A DNA stretch of 64,000 nucleotides from Chloroflexota bacterium (GCA_018648325.1 JABGRK010000009.1:141969-205968), one strand, 5' to 3'. Shown: positions 10,201-18,407, counted from the stretch's first letter. The notes: generated from the sequence alone by a model not told the origin. A program made the numbers and translations.

Positions 10201-10508
10201 CAAAGATTGCCATTATAGTGCGTTGCAGCAAAGCTTCTTAAGAAAAAAGTACTGCCTGCACCGGAAACAGTAAAAATATCCACATCACCAGGATAGTCCC
10301 CTTTCGGCTCTATCCCATCCCAACCTGCAGGCATGATAGCTGAGGGTTCAATATCCTTATCCCATATAGTATGCAAAATTGCATCTTCGGCCAACGGCGA
10401 TATCAGATTATCCGATATCATCATAAAAAGGCCGACCAGCGATACTAACACCGCCGCACCTACAAACGGAGCCAGAAGTCTCCTTTTGGAGCCAAACATG
10501 TTTCTCAT
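7146..10508 (-). CDS. N-terminal portion (1120 aa) of giant surface protein: signal/anchor, degenerate transglutaminase-like core, ~8 Ig-like/CarboxypepD_reg-like repeats
   Basis: …GLSNHFASAYVILARCAGIPARLTSGYW… resembles Transglut_core but Cys->Ser, His->Thr, Asp->Asn; recurring ~95-aa repeats ending RVYGPP. Confidence 0.7.
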   Translation of the reverse strand: MRNMFGSKRRLLAPFVGAAVLVSLVGLFMMISDNLISPLAEDAILHTIWDKDIEPSAIMPAGWDGIEPKGDYPGDVDIFTVSGAGSTFFLRSFAATHYNGNLWAKDINDKPRSYRGETLPAADVSNYSNMATDTITITPLLQFPAQFIPTSLHTRQLTHPDPIMLYPEAGSFWVQQSTSEAYEFTATHYYFDDEVLIEAEVLDDTRYLQLPGNISSRTKALSLEITADYESPYEKSKAIETYLLENYEFSRENMAALPSGEEATDWFLFEERQGLSNHFASAYVILARCAGIPARLTSGYWIAPTDEEQTVSAVQTIYLAEVGFEELGWIVYNSMPIKDVNNIAVETITDIWSIQSNPEYDPETPILEGIIIEKDQPFYVIGNVTTVEGITVPSMPVRIWLWQGGDSDKPEFVNGMPNKPASFVALGVVGSDGYNIECDVPIDMTAGNWHIIAQAVGLQPFLLGSDSDPDVIITTESEIVPKMSEDAKVGDVFIISGNLHDAIYPDNPIAGVTVDIEIVNIDSGATLSTLSTTTLPSGDFVLPYVFGVQGNYSVEASFSGNEFHKPVSEIADTKVTIDTLLSIDNLPEKIKLGAPWTIEGTLEDILRRQMGGRTVRIYYNRTGATTIPLLIGQVVTLPTGKFTLDRTFDQRGEFTISVVYDGGGIFGYLPDEDPTFGLFNSSRFEQDIRVYGPPTLTLEIDENVDVSLDRNNNGVIDNDEERGNLIKATLIDEFDEPVSGEIIHFYSIRNGNSVNIGNLLTDNQGILEVPIQYLSVGQRTISAAFDGIDPYMPGVESSVDVTVWMPTSITMNALPIEIKQATTLTMEGSLLDDWGDPLAGTTVYIMNGDEVLTQTTTQSDGSYEVDYKFVRSGDYDVFAKFAVDNANFYKEARSEPVADVRVYGPPFIDIILIPRVDIYDQPVTIRIHMYEEFGNDLEGQPVVIHFSDGSPDVPFVTGAGGLFVWEHTFADVGDYTVTASFIGTALYPGTSSSDIIKIIMPTQLTVNVPEEAKVNTQITINGTLHDIDGIPLAGQSLSLFDGVTLISGNVEILGDGSYTYDHTFTDSGDRTVYAVFTENDYYKSNSASDVIRVYGPPTIVLFVSNQPLAYGPCDIGGGDA
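7156..7163 (-). repeat. poly-G(8) homopolymer on coding strand at the frame junction of the giant protein
   Basis: …catcgcccccccc aat… ; with 7 G the two ORFs fuse into one ~2,050-aa protein (…PCDIGGAMHDEF…). Confidence 0.8.
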
Positions 10509-10789
10509 ACAACCACCGTGCAGGATACTTTGTTGCCGATTGTATTATCAATAGGTTTCATATCTCTAATAAACCTTATATCTTTACCAGTTAATCAAAC
10601 GCCACTTTGGGCCTGATTGCTCCATACTGTCTATATTAATATATACGCTGAAAGTGTCAATAATGTTCACCCCAAAGCAAGTAACAGTTTCCTCACAGTT
10701 TGTTAAGATATTGTTAAGACCCTCTAATTACTTTTAACGATAGCTACGTTAAAATGTCAGATGGCAAATATTTTCATATGCTACAATTT

Positions 10790-10945
10790 CTACAACGGTC
10801 TATACAGCCCTAATACGTAACCACATGCCTGACAGTAGTAACCATCAAAATCACGTTGGCGAGCCGTCCACTTCCCACCTGTCGCCATTCTAAACAATTC
10901 CTTTTTTATCTTCCTGCTATCGCACTTCGGACACTGCGATTCCAT
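10790..10945 (-). CDS. small YgiT-type zinc-ribbon protein (51 aa)
   Basis: MESQCPKCDSRK…YYCQACGYVLG; CxxC…CxxCG; paralog at 11731..11910. Confidence 0.5.
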   Translation of the reverse strand: MESQCPKCDSRKIKKELFRMATGGKWTARQRDFDGYYCQACGYVLGLYRPL

Positions 10946-11097
10946 GCATCCTCCCGTCTCAATAAACAGTATTGCTATTTTATATATAATACGACGTACA
11001 TGCAAGTGTAGAACTACGGTAGTTTGTATATCCCTGCGTGCGTCATGATATACTGCTGCAATAATACAATTGTGAATAGAAGATAAGAGACTAAGAA

Positions 11098-11271
11098 ATG
11101 GAATACAGCGATACACTTATAATACTATCGGTGGGGCTGTTTATCGGGTTGTTCGGCGGCAAAATGAGCAGGCCGTGGTCTCAGATAGCCACATGGCAGA
11201 AGACACTGCGTATCACCCTGCTTGTGATCGTTATGCTCATAATAGCAACCATTGTCCTTATGGCGCTTTAG
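11098..11271 (+). CDS. small hydrophobic protein (57 aa), 2 TM
   Basis: ATG after AG-rich RBS-like stretch (aagataagagactaag); MEYSDTLIILSVGLFIGLF…. Confidence 0.3.
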   Translation: MEYSDTLIILSVGLFIGLFGGKMSRPWSQIATWQKTLRITLLVIVMLIIATIVLMAL

Positions 11272-11295
11272 GTTAGAAGAAGGAAAAGAGACTTA

Positions 11296-11727
11296 ATGAA
11301 AAAACGTGGTTTGGGAATTGTGCTGATCATCATGCTGGTGCTGGTTATACCGGGTACTATCAATTGCAGTTGCGCTGGCGATAATCCCGCAGGTGAGATT
11401 GAAGAAACCATAACGGCTTATGTGCAGGCATATGCATCAAAAGATGCAACCGCAATGCTTGACCTTCAAACTACAGCGTATACAGCATCACTATCCGGAG
11501 GCCACCAAACTTATTGGGAAAACAGGTGGGGTGATAATACAGATTCAATAACAGAGTTAGAGGTAACCATTGTTTATCAGAATGCAACGGTTGCAACAGC
11601 CAGTGCTATATGCAATATAAAAACAACGCTGCCAAATGGCAGTACATGGTACCAAGGTAGCTGGCAATGGAACTACACGCTGGTAAAAACCGATAAGGTG
11701 TGGTTGATATCTTCAGAGATTCGATAG
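11296..11727 (+). CDS. secreted/lipoprotein of unknown function (paralog A)
   Basis: signal peptide + Cys; paralogous to 12056..12502 (…ASCNI…LPNGS…YQG…W…LVKT.DKW…). Confidence 0.6.
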   Translation: MKKRGLGIVLIIMLVLVIPGTINCSCAGDNPAGEIEETITAYVQAYASKDATAMLDLQTTAYTASLSGGHQTYWENRWGDNTDSITELEVTIVYQNATVATASAICNIKTTLPNGSTWYQGSWQWNYTLVKTDKVWLISSEIR

Positions 11728-11730
11728 TGA

Positions 11731-11910
11731 TTATTTATCATAATAACTATTCTTGTACCTATCTCGCTTATACGTTCCCAAAACATAGCCGCATGCCTGA
11801 CAGATATTAGTATCAAATAAAACAGCACGTTTAAACAATCCGTACTCTGTCATAACGTAAGTTTCCTTTTCAATATCACTGCTGCCACACTTAAGACACT
11901 CCGATTCCAT
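11731..11910 (-). CDS. small YgiT-type zinc-ribbon protein (59 aa), paralog of 10790..10945
   Basis: MESECLKCGSSDIEKETYVMTEYGLFKRAVLFDTNICQACGYVLGTYKRDR…; not in ORF track (<60 aa). Confidence 0.5.
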   Translation of the reverse strand: MESECLKCGSSDIEKETYVMTEYGLFKRAVLFDTNICQACGYVLGTYKRDRYKNSYYDK

Positions 11911-11992
11911 AAGTCCTCCTTACACAAAAACCATTACTGTTATTTCTTACGTATAATAAGATGTGCACGCCAATGAATCAATACTACACTTA

Positions 11993-12020
11993 TTGATATC
12001 CATGCGCACCATGCTATACT
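11993..12020 (+). promoter_or_regulatory. sigma70-like promoter TTGATA-N16-TATACT for lipoprotein paralog B
   Basis: hexamers and spacing; homologous element (…TGCG…ATACTG(C/T)TGCAATAATACAA) upstream of paralog A at ~11041-11085. Confidence 0.4.
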
Positions 12021-12055
12021 GTTGCAATAATACAACGGCTGATACGAGAGATGAC

Positions 12056-12502
12056 ATGATGAAGAAACGATTTTTTGTACTTACTTTAATCACGGTTCTA
12101 GCGATGGTTATGGCAAGCGCTATTGGTTGTGGTAGCAGCAATACGCAGGATACGCCGGAAAGCACAGTGAGGCTATGGTTGAAGGCATATGAATCCAAAA
12201 ATGCGACAGCACTTGTTAATCTTGGAACAGAAGGATTTAAAACGTTGACATATCCCCAAGAACCCGAGGACTATTGGGAAGGCAGATGGGGTTATAATAT
12301 ATTTTCAATGTCATCTATTAGTGTGACAATTACAGACCAAGACGAAACTACGGCAGAAGCTACCGCTTCATGCAATATTGTCGTAAGACTATCAGATGGT
12401 AGTATACAATATCAAGGTGGTACGACATGGGATTTTTCTCTGGTAAAAACCGCTGACAAATGGAGAGTATCCGCGGATGTGTGGCCACAACAAACCGGGT
12501 AA
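12056..12502 (+). CDS. lipoprotein of unknown function (paralog B)
   Basis: MMKKRFFVLTLITVLAMVMASAIGCGS lipobox; paralog of 11296..11727. Confidence 0.6.
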   Translation: MMKKRFFVLTLITVLAMVMASAIGCGSSNTQDTPESTVRLWLKAYESKNATALVNLGTEGFKTLTYPQEPEDYWEGRWGYNIFSMSSISVTITDQDETTAEATASCNIVVRLSDGSIQYQGGTTWDFSLVKTADKWRVSADVWPQQTG

Positions 12503-12528
12503 GTTATAGAGATACTAGAACCAAGGAG

Positions 12529-13917
12529 ATGTTGATGCCAACTAAAAATGAGCTAAAGAAAAAAGTCTGCGAGGAAATTGAGCGCAGGGCAGATGAGATA
12601 ATCGCCGCGGCAAAGGCAATCGCGAACAACGCCGAGACTGGCTTTCGCGAGGTCGAAACCGCCAAGCTGGTAGCGCAAACGTTTACCAGAGCGGGAATCG
12701 AGTATAGGGACGGGCTAGCGATTACCGGCGTAAAAGGCATGCTAAACGGAAACGGCGCTGGTCCCACCGTGGCGGTGCTGGGTGAGCTGGATGCACTGAC
12801 CATACCCGACCATCCGCAGGCACATCCGGAAACGGGGGCAGCACACGCCTGCGGTCACAACGGACAGATAGGCATGCTGCTGGGGGTGGCGCTGGGACTC
12901 AAAGGATCAGGTGTTCTATCATCACTTAGCGGCAACATAGCCCTGATGGCCGTACCCGCCGAAGAGTACATCGAGATCGAATACCGCAACGGACTGCGTC
13001 AAGAGGGCAAACTGTCGTTTCTGGGAGGCAAGCCGGAGCTTATCAAGCTGGGTGAGTTCGACGATGTAGATATGGCCATAATGGCGCACAACGGCACAAT
13101 CAAGGAAGGCCGTGTCAGTGGCGCCCGTGGTGGCAGCAGCAACGGCACAGTGGCCAAACAGATCGAGTTTATTGGACGTAGCGCTCATGCCGGAGCAGCG
13201 CCGGAAAAAGGAATAAACGCCCTGAATGCAGCCAACATAGCGCTTGCCGCCATACATGCGCAGCGCGAAACGTTCAAGGACGCTGACACCGTGCGGGTGC
13301 ATCCCATCATCACCAAGGGCGGTCAGTCGGTAAACGCCGTGCCCGCCGATGTGCGCATGGAAACATTCGTGCGGGGCAAAACTATCGAAGCTATAACAGA
13401 TGCCAACGCCAAGGTAGACAGGGCGCTGCGTGCGGGAGCAATGGCAGTGGGTGCCAAGGTACGCATCACCACCCTGCCGGGATATATGCCGATGACGGCC
13501 AACCCTGAGTTGCGCGATCTTTTCAGGGATAACGCCGTATCGCTGCTGGGAGAGGACAAGGTAATACCGATAGACCCAACAGCCCACGCGGCAGGATCAA
13601 CTGACCTTGGCGATCTGGGCCACATAATGCCGGTGATATGCGGCTTTGCCGCCGGAGCCATCGGAACTGCCCACGGCAACGACTTTATAATGGAGGACTA
13701 CACGCTGGCGGTGATCAATCCGGCCAAGATCATGGCGATGATGATTATCGACCTGCTTGCCGACGGGGCGTCCTGCGCAAAAGACGTGCTTGCCAAAAAC
13801 AAACCTCCTATGACCAAAGCGCAGTATCTTGAATCGATGGAGGCTTTGCTCAAGGTAGAGGAGTATGGGGACGATAGCGAGGACAATCCCCCTGAACAGG
13901 CTGGCGTTATATTATAA
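12529..13917 (+). CDS. M20D-family amidohydrolase/peptidase (AbgB/HipO-like)
   Basis: …AHACGHNGQIGMLLG… metal-binding motif; RBS AAGGAG before ATG at 12529. Confidence 0.8.
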   Translation: MLMPTKNELKKKVCEEIERRADEIIAAAKAIANNAETGFREVETAKLVAQTFTRAGIEYRDGLAITGVKGMLNGNGAGPTVAVLGELDALTIPDHPQAHPETGAAHACGHNGQIGMLLGVALGLKGSGVLSSLSGNIALMAVPAEEYIEIEYRNGLRQEGKLSFLGGKPELIKLGEFDDVDMAIMAHNGTIKEGRVSGARGGSSNGTVAKQIEFIGRSAHAGAAPEKGINALNAANIALAAIHAQRETFKDADTVRVHPIITKGGQSVNAVPADVRMETFVRGKTIEAITDANAKVDRALRAGAMAVGAKVRITTLPGYMPMTANPELRDLFRDNAVSLLGEDKVIPIDPTAHAAGSTDLGDLGHIMPVICGFAAGAIGTAHGNDFIMEDYTLAVINPAKIMAMMIIDLLADGASCAKDVLAKNKPPMTKAQYLESMEALLKVEEYGDDSEDNPPEQAGVIL

Positions 13918-13920
13918 GAG

Positions 13921-14334
13921 GTGCAGGATATGAGAGGTAGGATGAAATACGCTGTTTTGCTTATAGCCGTATGCATAACAGGGCTTTTCTTAGCAAGTTG
14001 TGATGGGGGCATTACTCTAGAGGGTACTGTATATGAATGGACTGATGCACCGACATCGTTGGAGGGGATTATTTATATTGATGAGGAAGTAGACCTAAGC
14101 GGTAAAAACCTGCAACCACTTAATGAAATACAGTTGTCGACTACGTATAGTGCTGAAACGGCTAGAAGTGATTCCACCGGATATATATATTTAGACGATA
14201 TGGGTGCGCCAGGATTCATGAATGTTACGCTAACAGCAGAAAAAGAGGGCTATCATACTGTCGCAAAGTCTTTCAGTCACAAAGGATCAAATCTGGGCTA
14301 CAACGTAATCATCATTATGGTGCGCGATGAGTAA
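13921..14334 (+). CDS. small lipoprotein with CarboxypepD_reg-like beta-sandwich (possible start at 13942)
   Basis: MKYAVLLIAVCITGLFLASC lipobox; …ITLEGTVYEW…. Confidence 0.5.
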   Translation: MQDMRGRMKYAVLLIAVCITGLFLASCDGGITLEGTVYEWTDAPTSLEGIIYIDEEVDLSGKNLQPLNEIQLSTTYSAETARSDSTGYIYLDDMGAPGFMNVTLTAEKEGYHTVAKSFSHKGSNLGYNVIIIMVRDE

Positions 14335-14345
14335 ACCCACCCATC

Positions 14346-14726
14346 CTAAATACTGTCTATAACCTTCTTAAGTTTCTGCTCCACCTGCAGCGCTATCTCA
14401 CCCAACCCCCGGTTTTCAACCGCGCTCATGGCAACCGTAGGTACTATGGCAGATGCATATGTCTTGCCTTCCTGCTCATAAACTATCACGTTGCACGGCA
14501 ACAGCAAGCCAATGTCCCGCTCGGCCTTAAGTGCCTCATAGGCAAACGGCGGATTGCATGCTCCTAAAATAACGTACTTATCAAAATCAACGTCCATCTT
14601 CTTTTTAAGCGTTGCCTTTACATCTATCTCGGTAAGTATGCCAAAGCCCTCTTTTGCAAGCTCTTCTGTCGCTTTTTGCTTAACCTGATCATACGTCCCG
14701 TCTATCTGTCTTTTATATCCGTACAT
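14346..14726 (-). CDS. DUF302 domain protein
   Basis: …YVILGACNPPFAYEAL… typical DUF302. Confidence 0.65.
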   Translation of the reverse strand: MYGYKRQIDGTYDQVKQKATEELAKEGFGILTEIDVKATLKKKMDVDFDKYVILGACNPPFAYEALKAERDIGLLLPCNVIVYEQEGKTYASAIVPTVAMSAVENRGLGEIALQVEQKLKKVIDSI

Positions 14727-14771
14727 GTTTTTACCTCCTGATGTGTGTTTGATAGCAAGCGTGGTTATCGC

Positions 14772-16079
14772 TTACTTATCTATTGTATCATCAGCGCATA
14801 TTATTTTGCATCCGTCCATGTCGACACCATCGCCTTTGCCCTTAAGCGGCGTAAGCAGCATGAGCAAGGCGAATACGGCGGCAATAGCAGCAACAGGCCA
14901 GAAGTATCCGCCCAAACCATCATGCCCCTTTACATAGTCCACCGCCACACCAAGGATTGGTGCAACAAGCATTGTGGAAAATGATTTTGCCTGACTTTCT
15001 ATGGATAGAATGGTGGCACCATGCGTTTCAGAGGCAAAAGCATCGAACCTGCTCATTAACATAGGACGCCAGAAATTCTGGATGAGAGCAAGACAAATGA
15101 AGCCAACTATAGCTACATAGTAATACTCAAAGTAAAGCAGCGGGACAAGGGCTATATAGAAAACAAAGGCCATTTTCCACAGCAAACGACTGCCCTTTTC
15201 CTCCCCACCTGCACGATCGCTCAAGATGTGAGAATGACGGCTGGCATAGGCTGATCCCAGATACAAGATGAAGTAGACTATGCAAACCAAAATTGTTTCG
15301 CGGCTCCTGTCCGCCATGCCAACAAAAATGGGAACAAGTAATACAAGACCAGCAACTACGGGCTGCAAATAACTTTCAGCCGCCTTATAAACGCCTTCAA
15401 ACGACATCGATTCAACGATCAGGCGACGCAAACGTTTCATGGCAATCGCACTGCGCAAACACTGCCAAAGATGAACGCATACGTTTCGAACACTCACTCC
15501 GGTAGAGGTCTGCCCCTCCAGCTCGGCCGGATAGCTAAGGAAATTAATCAGTCCTATCACATATGGCACAATGGCAAAAAGGAACACATAGCTGTAATCG
15601 TTGGTCAGTAGAACAATGGGAATGGCCAGTAACGTAGACAGCGCCGACCCCAGCTTGGACCAGGAGCGCGTATAGCCATAAACCTTTGTTTTTTCATCGG
15701 TGCGGCCCCTGTTGCGTAGCCATGTAAATATCATCGCCTTGTTCGTGCCTGTTCTAAACGCCTCACCTATGGCAAAAAAGAACATGGCGATAAAGAAATA
15801 CCAGTAATACGGGCTAAAACCGAATATGGCAAAGGCACCAAATGTGGCGAAAGAGGCGATATATGCAACAAACGATAGTATCATACTGCGTCGGCGGCCG
15901 AACAGATCGGCGATAGCACCACTGGGTATTTCCATGATTATAACGCAAAGCTCGCGGAATCCGATAAGAAGGCCAATCTGAGTGAATGTTAGCCCGTGCT
16001 GCAGGAAGTACAATATAATAATCGGATCAAAATAGCGCTGATTCTTTAAAAATCCGTATAGTGAAAATCGCCTAATCAT
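14772..16079 (-). CDS. MFS transporter
   Basis: 12-TM profile, MFS motifs (…GAIADLFGRRR…). Confidence 0.8.
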   Translation of the reverse strand: MIRRFSLYGFLKNQRYFDPIIILYFLQHGLTFTQIGLLIGFRELCVIIMEIPSGAIADLFGRRRSMILSFVAYIASFATFGAFAIFGFSPYYWYFFIAMFFFAIGEAFRTGTNKAMIFTWLRNRGRTDEKTKVYGYTRSWSKLGSALSTLLAIPIVLLTNDYSYVFLFAIVPYVIGLINFLSYPAELEGQTSTGVSVRNVCVHLWQCLRSAIAMKRLRRLIVESMSFEGVYKAAESYLQPVVAGLVLLVPIFVGMADRSRETILVCIVYFILYLGSAYASRHSHILSDRAGGEEKGSRLLWKMAFVFYIALVPLLYFEYYYVAIVGFICLALIQNFWRPMLMSRFDAFASETHGATILSIESQAKSFSTMLVAPILGVAVDYVKGHDGLGGYFWPVAAIAAVFALLMLLTPLKGKGDGVDMDGCKIICADDTIDK

Positions 16080-16095
16080 CTAGTTTATCTGCCGC

Positions 16096-16401
16096 CTATT
16101 TTTCATCAATTACTTCTTTTACCAGTTCCATGATCTGCTTTTTGGACTGGGCCAACATACTTAGCCCCTCATCGGTTGCACGGTAGTACTTGCGCATCTT
16201 GCCGCCGACGATTTCACGATTGCTGAACAGATACCCATCACGCTCAAGACGATGTAGCATGGGATAGAGCGTACCTGGGCTGATGTCGTAGCCATGCCTT
16301 GCCAGTTCACTCATAATCTCCACTCCAAAGATGGGCTCTTTGGAAGCGTGATATATGATGTGTATCTTAACAAACCCTAGAAAAAACTCTCTGTCTATCA
16401 T
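16096..16401 (-). CDS. PadR-family transcriptional regulator
   Basis: …HGYDISPGTLYPMLHRLERDGYL… wHTH signature; start taken at MIDREFF. Confidence 0.75.
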   Translation of the reverse strand: MIDREFFLGFVKIHIIYHASKEPIFGVEIMSELARHGYDISPGTLYPMLHRLERDGYLFSNREIVGGKMRKYYRATDEGLSMLAQSKKQIMELVKEVIDEK

Positions 16402-16472
16402 AATAACGCCTACCGATATTGCTAACCGATATAGTACTTCATGGAGGATCAAAAGTCAAGGTATCGGCATAA

Positions 16473-16503
16473 AAAAGACCGGCCCGATTTGGGCCGGTCT
16501 TAC
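16473..16503 (-). terminator. rho-independent terminator of arsM operon
   Basis: perfect 11-bp stem AAGACCGGCCC/GGGCCGGTCTT, followed by T6 on minus strand. Confidence 0.6.
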
Positions 16504-16526
16504 GTACTTAAATGAAAATCTTAGCC

Positions 16527-16691
16527 TTATTCAGGCTTTGGCACACAGCCGCAGGAACATGCTTGGCCCGTATTTGGAGCGCAATTTACCATCCACTTTT
16601 CGGCATCGGGACCGCAGAATGATTTCATCTGCTCCATCCAATCTGCAAACTGCTTTTCTTTGCCTTGATCTTTAGACTTCTGCTCAGACAT
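16527..16691 (-). CDS. 54-aa Cys-rich peptide downstream of arsM (candidate metal(loid)-binding peptide)
   Basis: MSEQKSKDQGKEKQFADWMEQMKSFCGPDAEKWMVNCAPNTGQACSCGCVPKPE; own GGAGG RBS; not in ORF track. Confidence 0.45.
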   Translation of the reverse strand: MSEQKSKDQGKEKQFADWMEQMKSFCGPDAEKWMVNCAPNTGQACSCGCVPKPE

Positions 16692-16750
16692 TTTTGCACC
16701 TCCTTTCCTTTTTCAGCTGACATTTATTACAGCCGTCAGATGTTTTTCAT

Positions 16751-17584
16751 CTATTTGGATTTGATGGCCTGCACCTTTATGCTTATGATCGAGCTGGACA
16801 CTTCCCTGACCTGCTCAGCAGTTATGCCTAAGTCTGCAACGATCTGTTCAGTAGCATTGTCGTAGATACCGGCAGCAGACACTTCGCTCACTATTTTGAC
16901 ATCTGTAAATCCGGCTGATGTGAGGTTTGCCAGGTAATCTTCTTTTGTCTCGGCACCGGCCACACATCCTACATATGCCTCTACAGAACCCTTGATACCC
17001 TCCGGCAGCTCCTTTAATAGCACTATGTCTGATAGCATTACCCTGCCGCCGGGCCTGAGCACGCGATACGCCTCGGAAAACACCTGCCGCTTATCCGGGG
17101 AAAGATTGATCACACAGTTGGATATGATAGCATCTACAGTGTTGTCGGCAACGGGCAAATGCTCTATCTCACCCATCCTGAATTCTACGTTATCGTAACC
17201 ACCTTTGCTGGCATTTTCCCGCGCCCGCTCAAGCATGGCCGGCGTCATGTCTACACCGATCACCCTGCCCGTCTTACCCACGGCAGCAGCGGCCAGAAAA
17301 CAGTCGATACCTGCGCCGGAGCCCAGGTCGAGCACAACCTCACCTTCTTTAAGTGAGGCCATTGCAGTGGGATTACCACAGCCAAGCCCCAGATCCGCAC
17401 CATCGGGCAGTGAAGCCAGTTGCTCATCAGTGTAGCCTATCGCCTTGCTGGCAGTATCTGGCGTCGGACCACCGCAACACGGTGATGCCTGCAATGATTC
17501 GGGCCCGCAGCAGGAACCGCCCTGCTGGGTTGCCACCTTTCCATAGCTTTCTCTAACAGCGTTTCTTATATCCTGATCGTTCAT
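16751..17584 (-). CDS. arsM: arsenite S-adenosylmethionine methyltransferase
   Basis: N-terminal Cys pairs (…GGSCCGPES…SPCCGG…), SAM motif VLDLGSGAGIDCFLAA, full-length similarity to ArsM/AS3MT. Confidence 0.85.
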   Translation of the reverse strand: MNDQDIRNAVRESYGKVATQQGGSCCGPESLQASPCCGGPTPDTASKAIGYTDEQLASLPDGADLGLGCGNPTAMASLKEGEVVLDLGSGAGIDCFLAAAAVGKTGRVIGVDMTPAMLERARENASKGGYDNVEFRMGEIEHLPVADNTVDAIISNCVINLSPDKRQVFSEAYRVLRPGGRVMLSDIVLLKELPEGIKGSVEAYVGCVAGAETKEDYLANLTSAGFTDVKIVSEVSAAGIYDNATEQIVADLGITAEQVREVSSSIISIKVQAIKSK

Positions 17585-17604
17585 TTTACTTTCTCCTTCA
17601 TTTT

Positions 17605-17943
17605 TTATAGAATGTCTTTCATTAACGGACCGAGCATCTGCTTTACCATATCCGTCAGATCATCGGCTTTGGTCATTACAATGCAGCAAACCTTGCCGTC
17701 TTTTTCCCAGCTGGACAGGGCAAGCTTATCGCCCGATTTTATACCAGCCTTTTCGCGCAGGTCTTTGGGCAGCACCATCTGGCCCCTGTCGTCTACACTT
17801 ACCAGCGCCTCAACCTTGCAGCAACCGGCTGTTGAACAATTGTCCTGAGAACAACAATCGCCGGACATATCCTTATCCATAACTTTCCTCCTTGTTTGAT
17901 GCTTAAGTGTTTTCAGTATATTCAGAATATTCTGATTTGTCAA
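17605..17943 (-). CDS. AbrB/SpoVT-type DNA-binding protein with Cys-rich N-terminus (putative arsenic-responsive regulator)
   Basis: …VDDRGQMVLPKDLREKAGIKSGDKLAL… swapped-hairpin motif; N-term …SGDCCSQDNCSTAGCCK…; immediately upstream of arsM. Confidence 0.5.
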   Translation of the reverse strand: MTNQNILNILKTLKHQTRRKVMDKDMSGDCCSQDNCSTAGCCKVEALVSVDDRGQMVLPKDLREKAGIKSGDKLALSSWEKDGKVCCIVMTKADDLTDMVKQMLGPLMKDIL

Positions 17944-17987
17944 GAGGGTAGTTAAAATTGTATAATTATTATGTAGGGGGAATAGCC

Positions 17988-18407
17988 ATGAAACATAAAA
18001 ACAGGTTTGTATCGATACTGATGCTGGCGGTTTGCACTATTGCAATCGCAGTAATTGCTGCGTGCGGCACACCCCAAACGCACCAGGACATATCAGTACA
18101 ACAAGCACACCAGCTTATTGAGGACAACCAGTCAAACAGCAACTTCGTTATCCTGGATATACGAGCGCCTTCGGAATATGCAGATGGATATATAGCAGGC
18201 GCACTGAACATTAATTTCTACGACACCGATTTTGCAGACCAGATTGACGCGCTGGACAAAAGCAAAACGTATCTGGTTTACTGCCGCTCAGCAAATCGCA
18301 GCGGACAGGCCATGCCCACATTCAACGATCTTGGATTTACTGACGTGTACGATATGCAAGGCGGCATCGTGGCATGGTTAAATGCAGGATACGACGTACT
18401 GGAGTAG
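17988..18407 (+). CDS. rhodanese-domain sulfurtransferase lipoprotein
   Basis: MKHKNRFVSILMLAVCTIAIAVIAAC lipobox; active-site loop YCRSANRSG. Confidence 0.75.
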   Translation: MKHKNRFVSILMLAVCTIAIAVIAACGTPQTHQDISVQQAHQLIEDNQSNSNFVILDIRAPSEYADGYIAGALNINFYDTDFADQIDALDKSKTYLVYCRSANRSGQAMPTFNDLGFTDVYDMQGGIVAWLNAGYDVLE

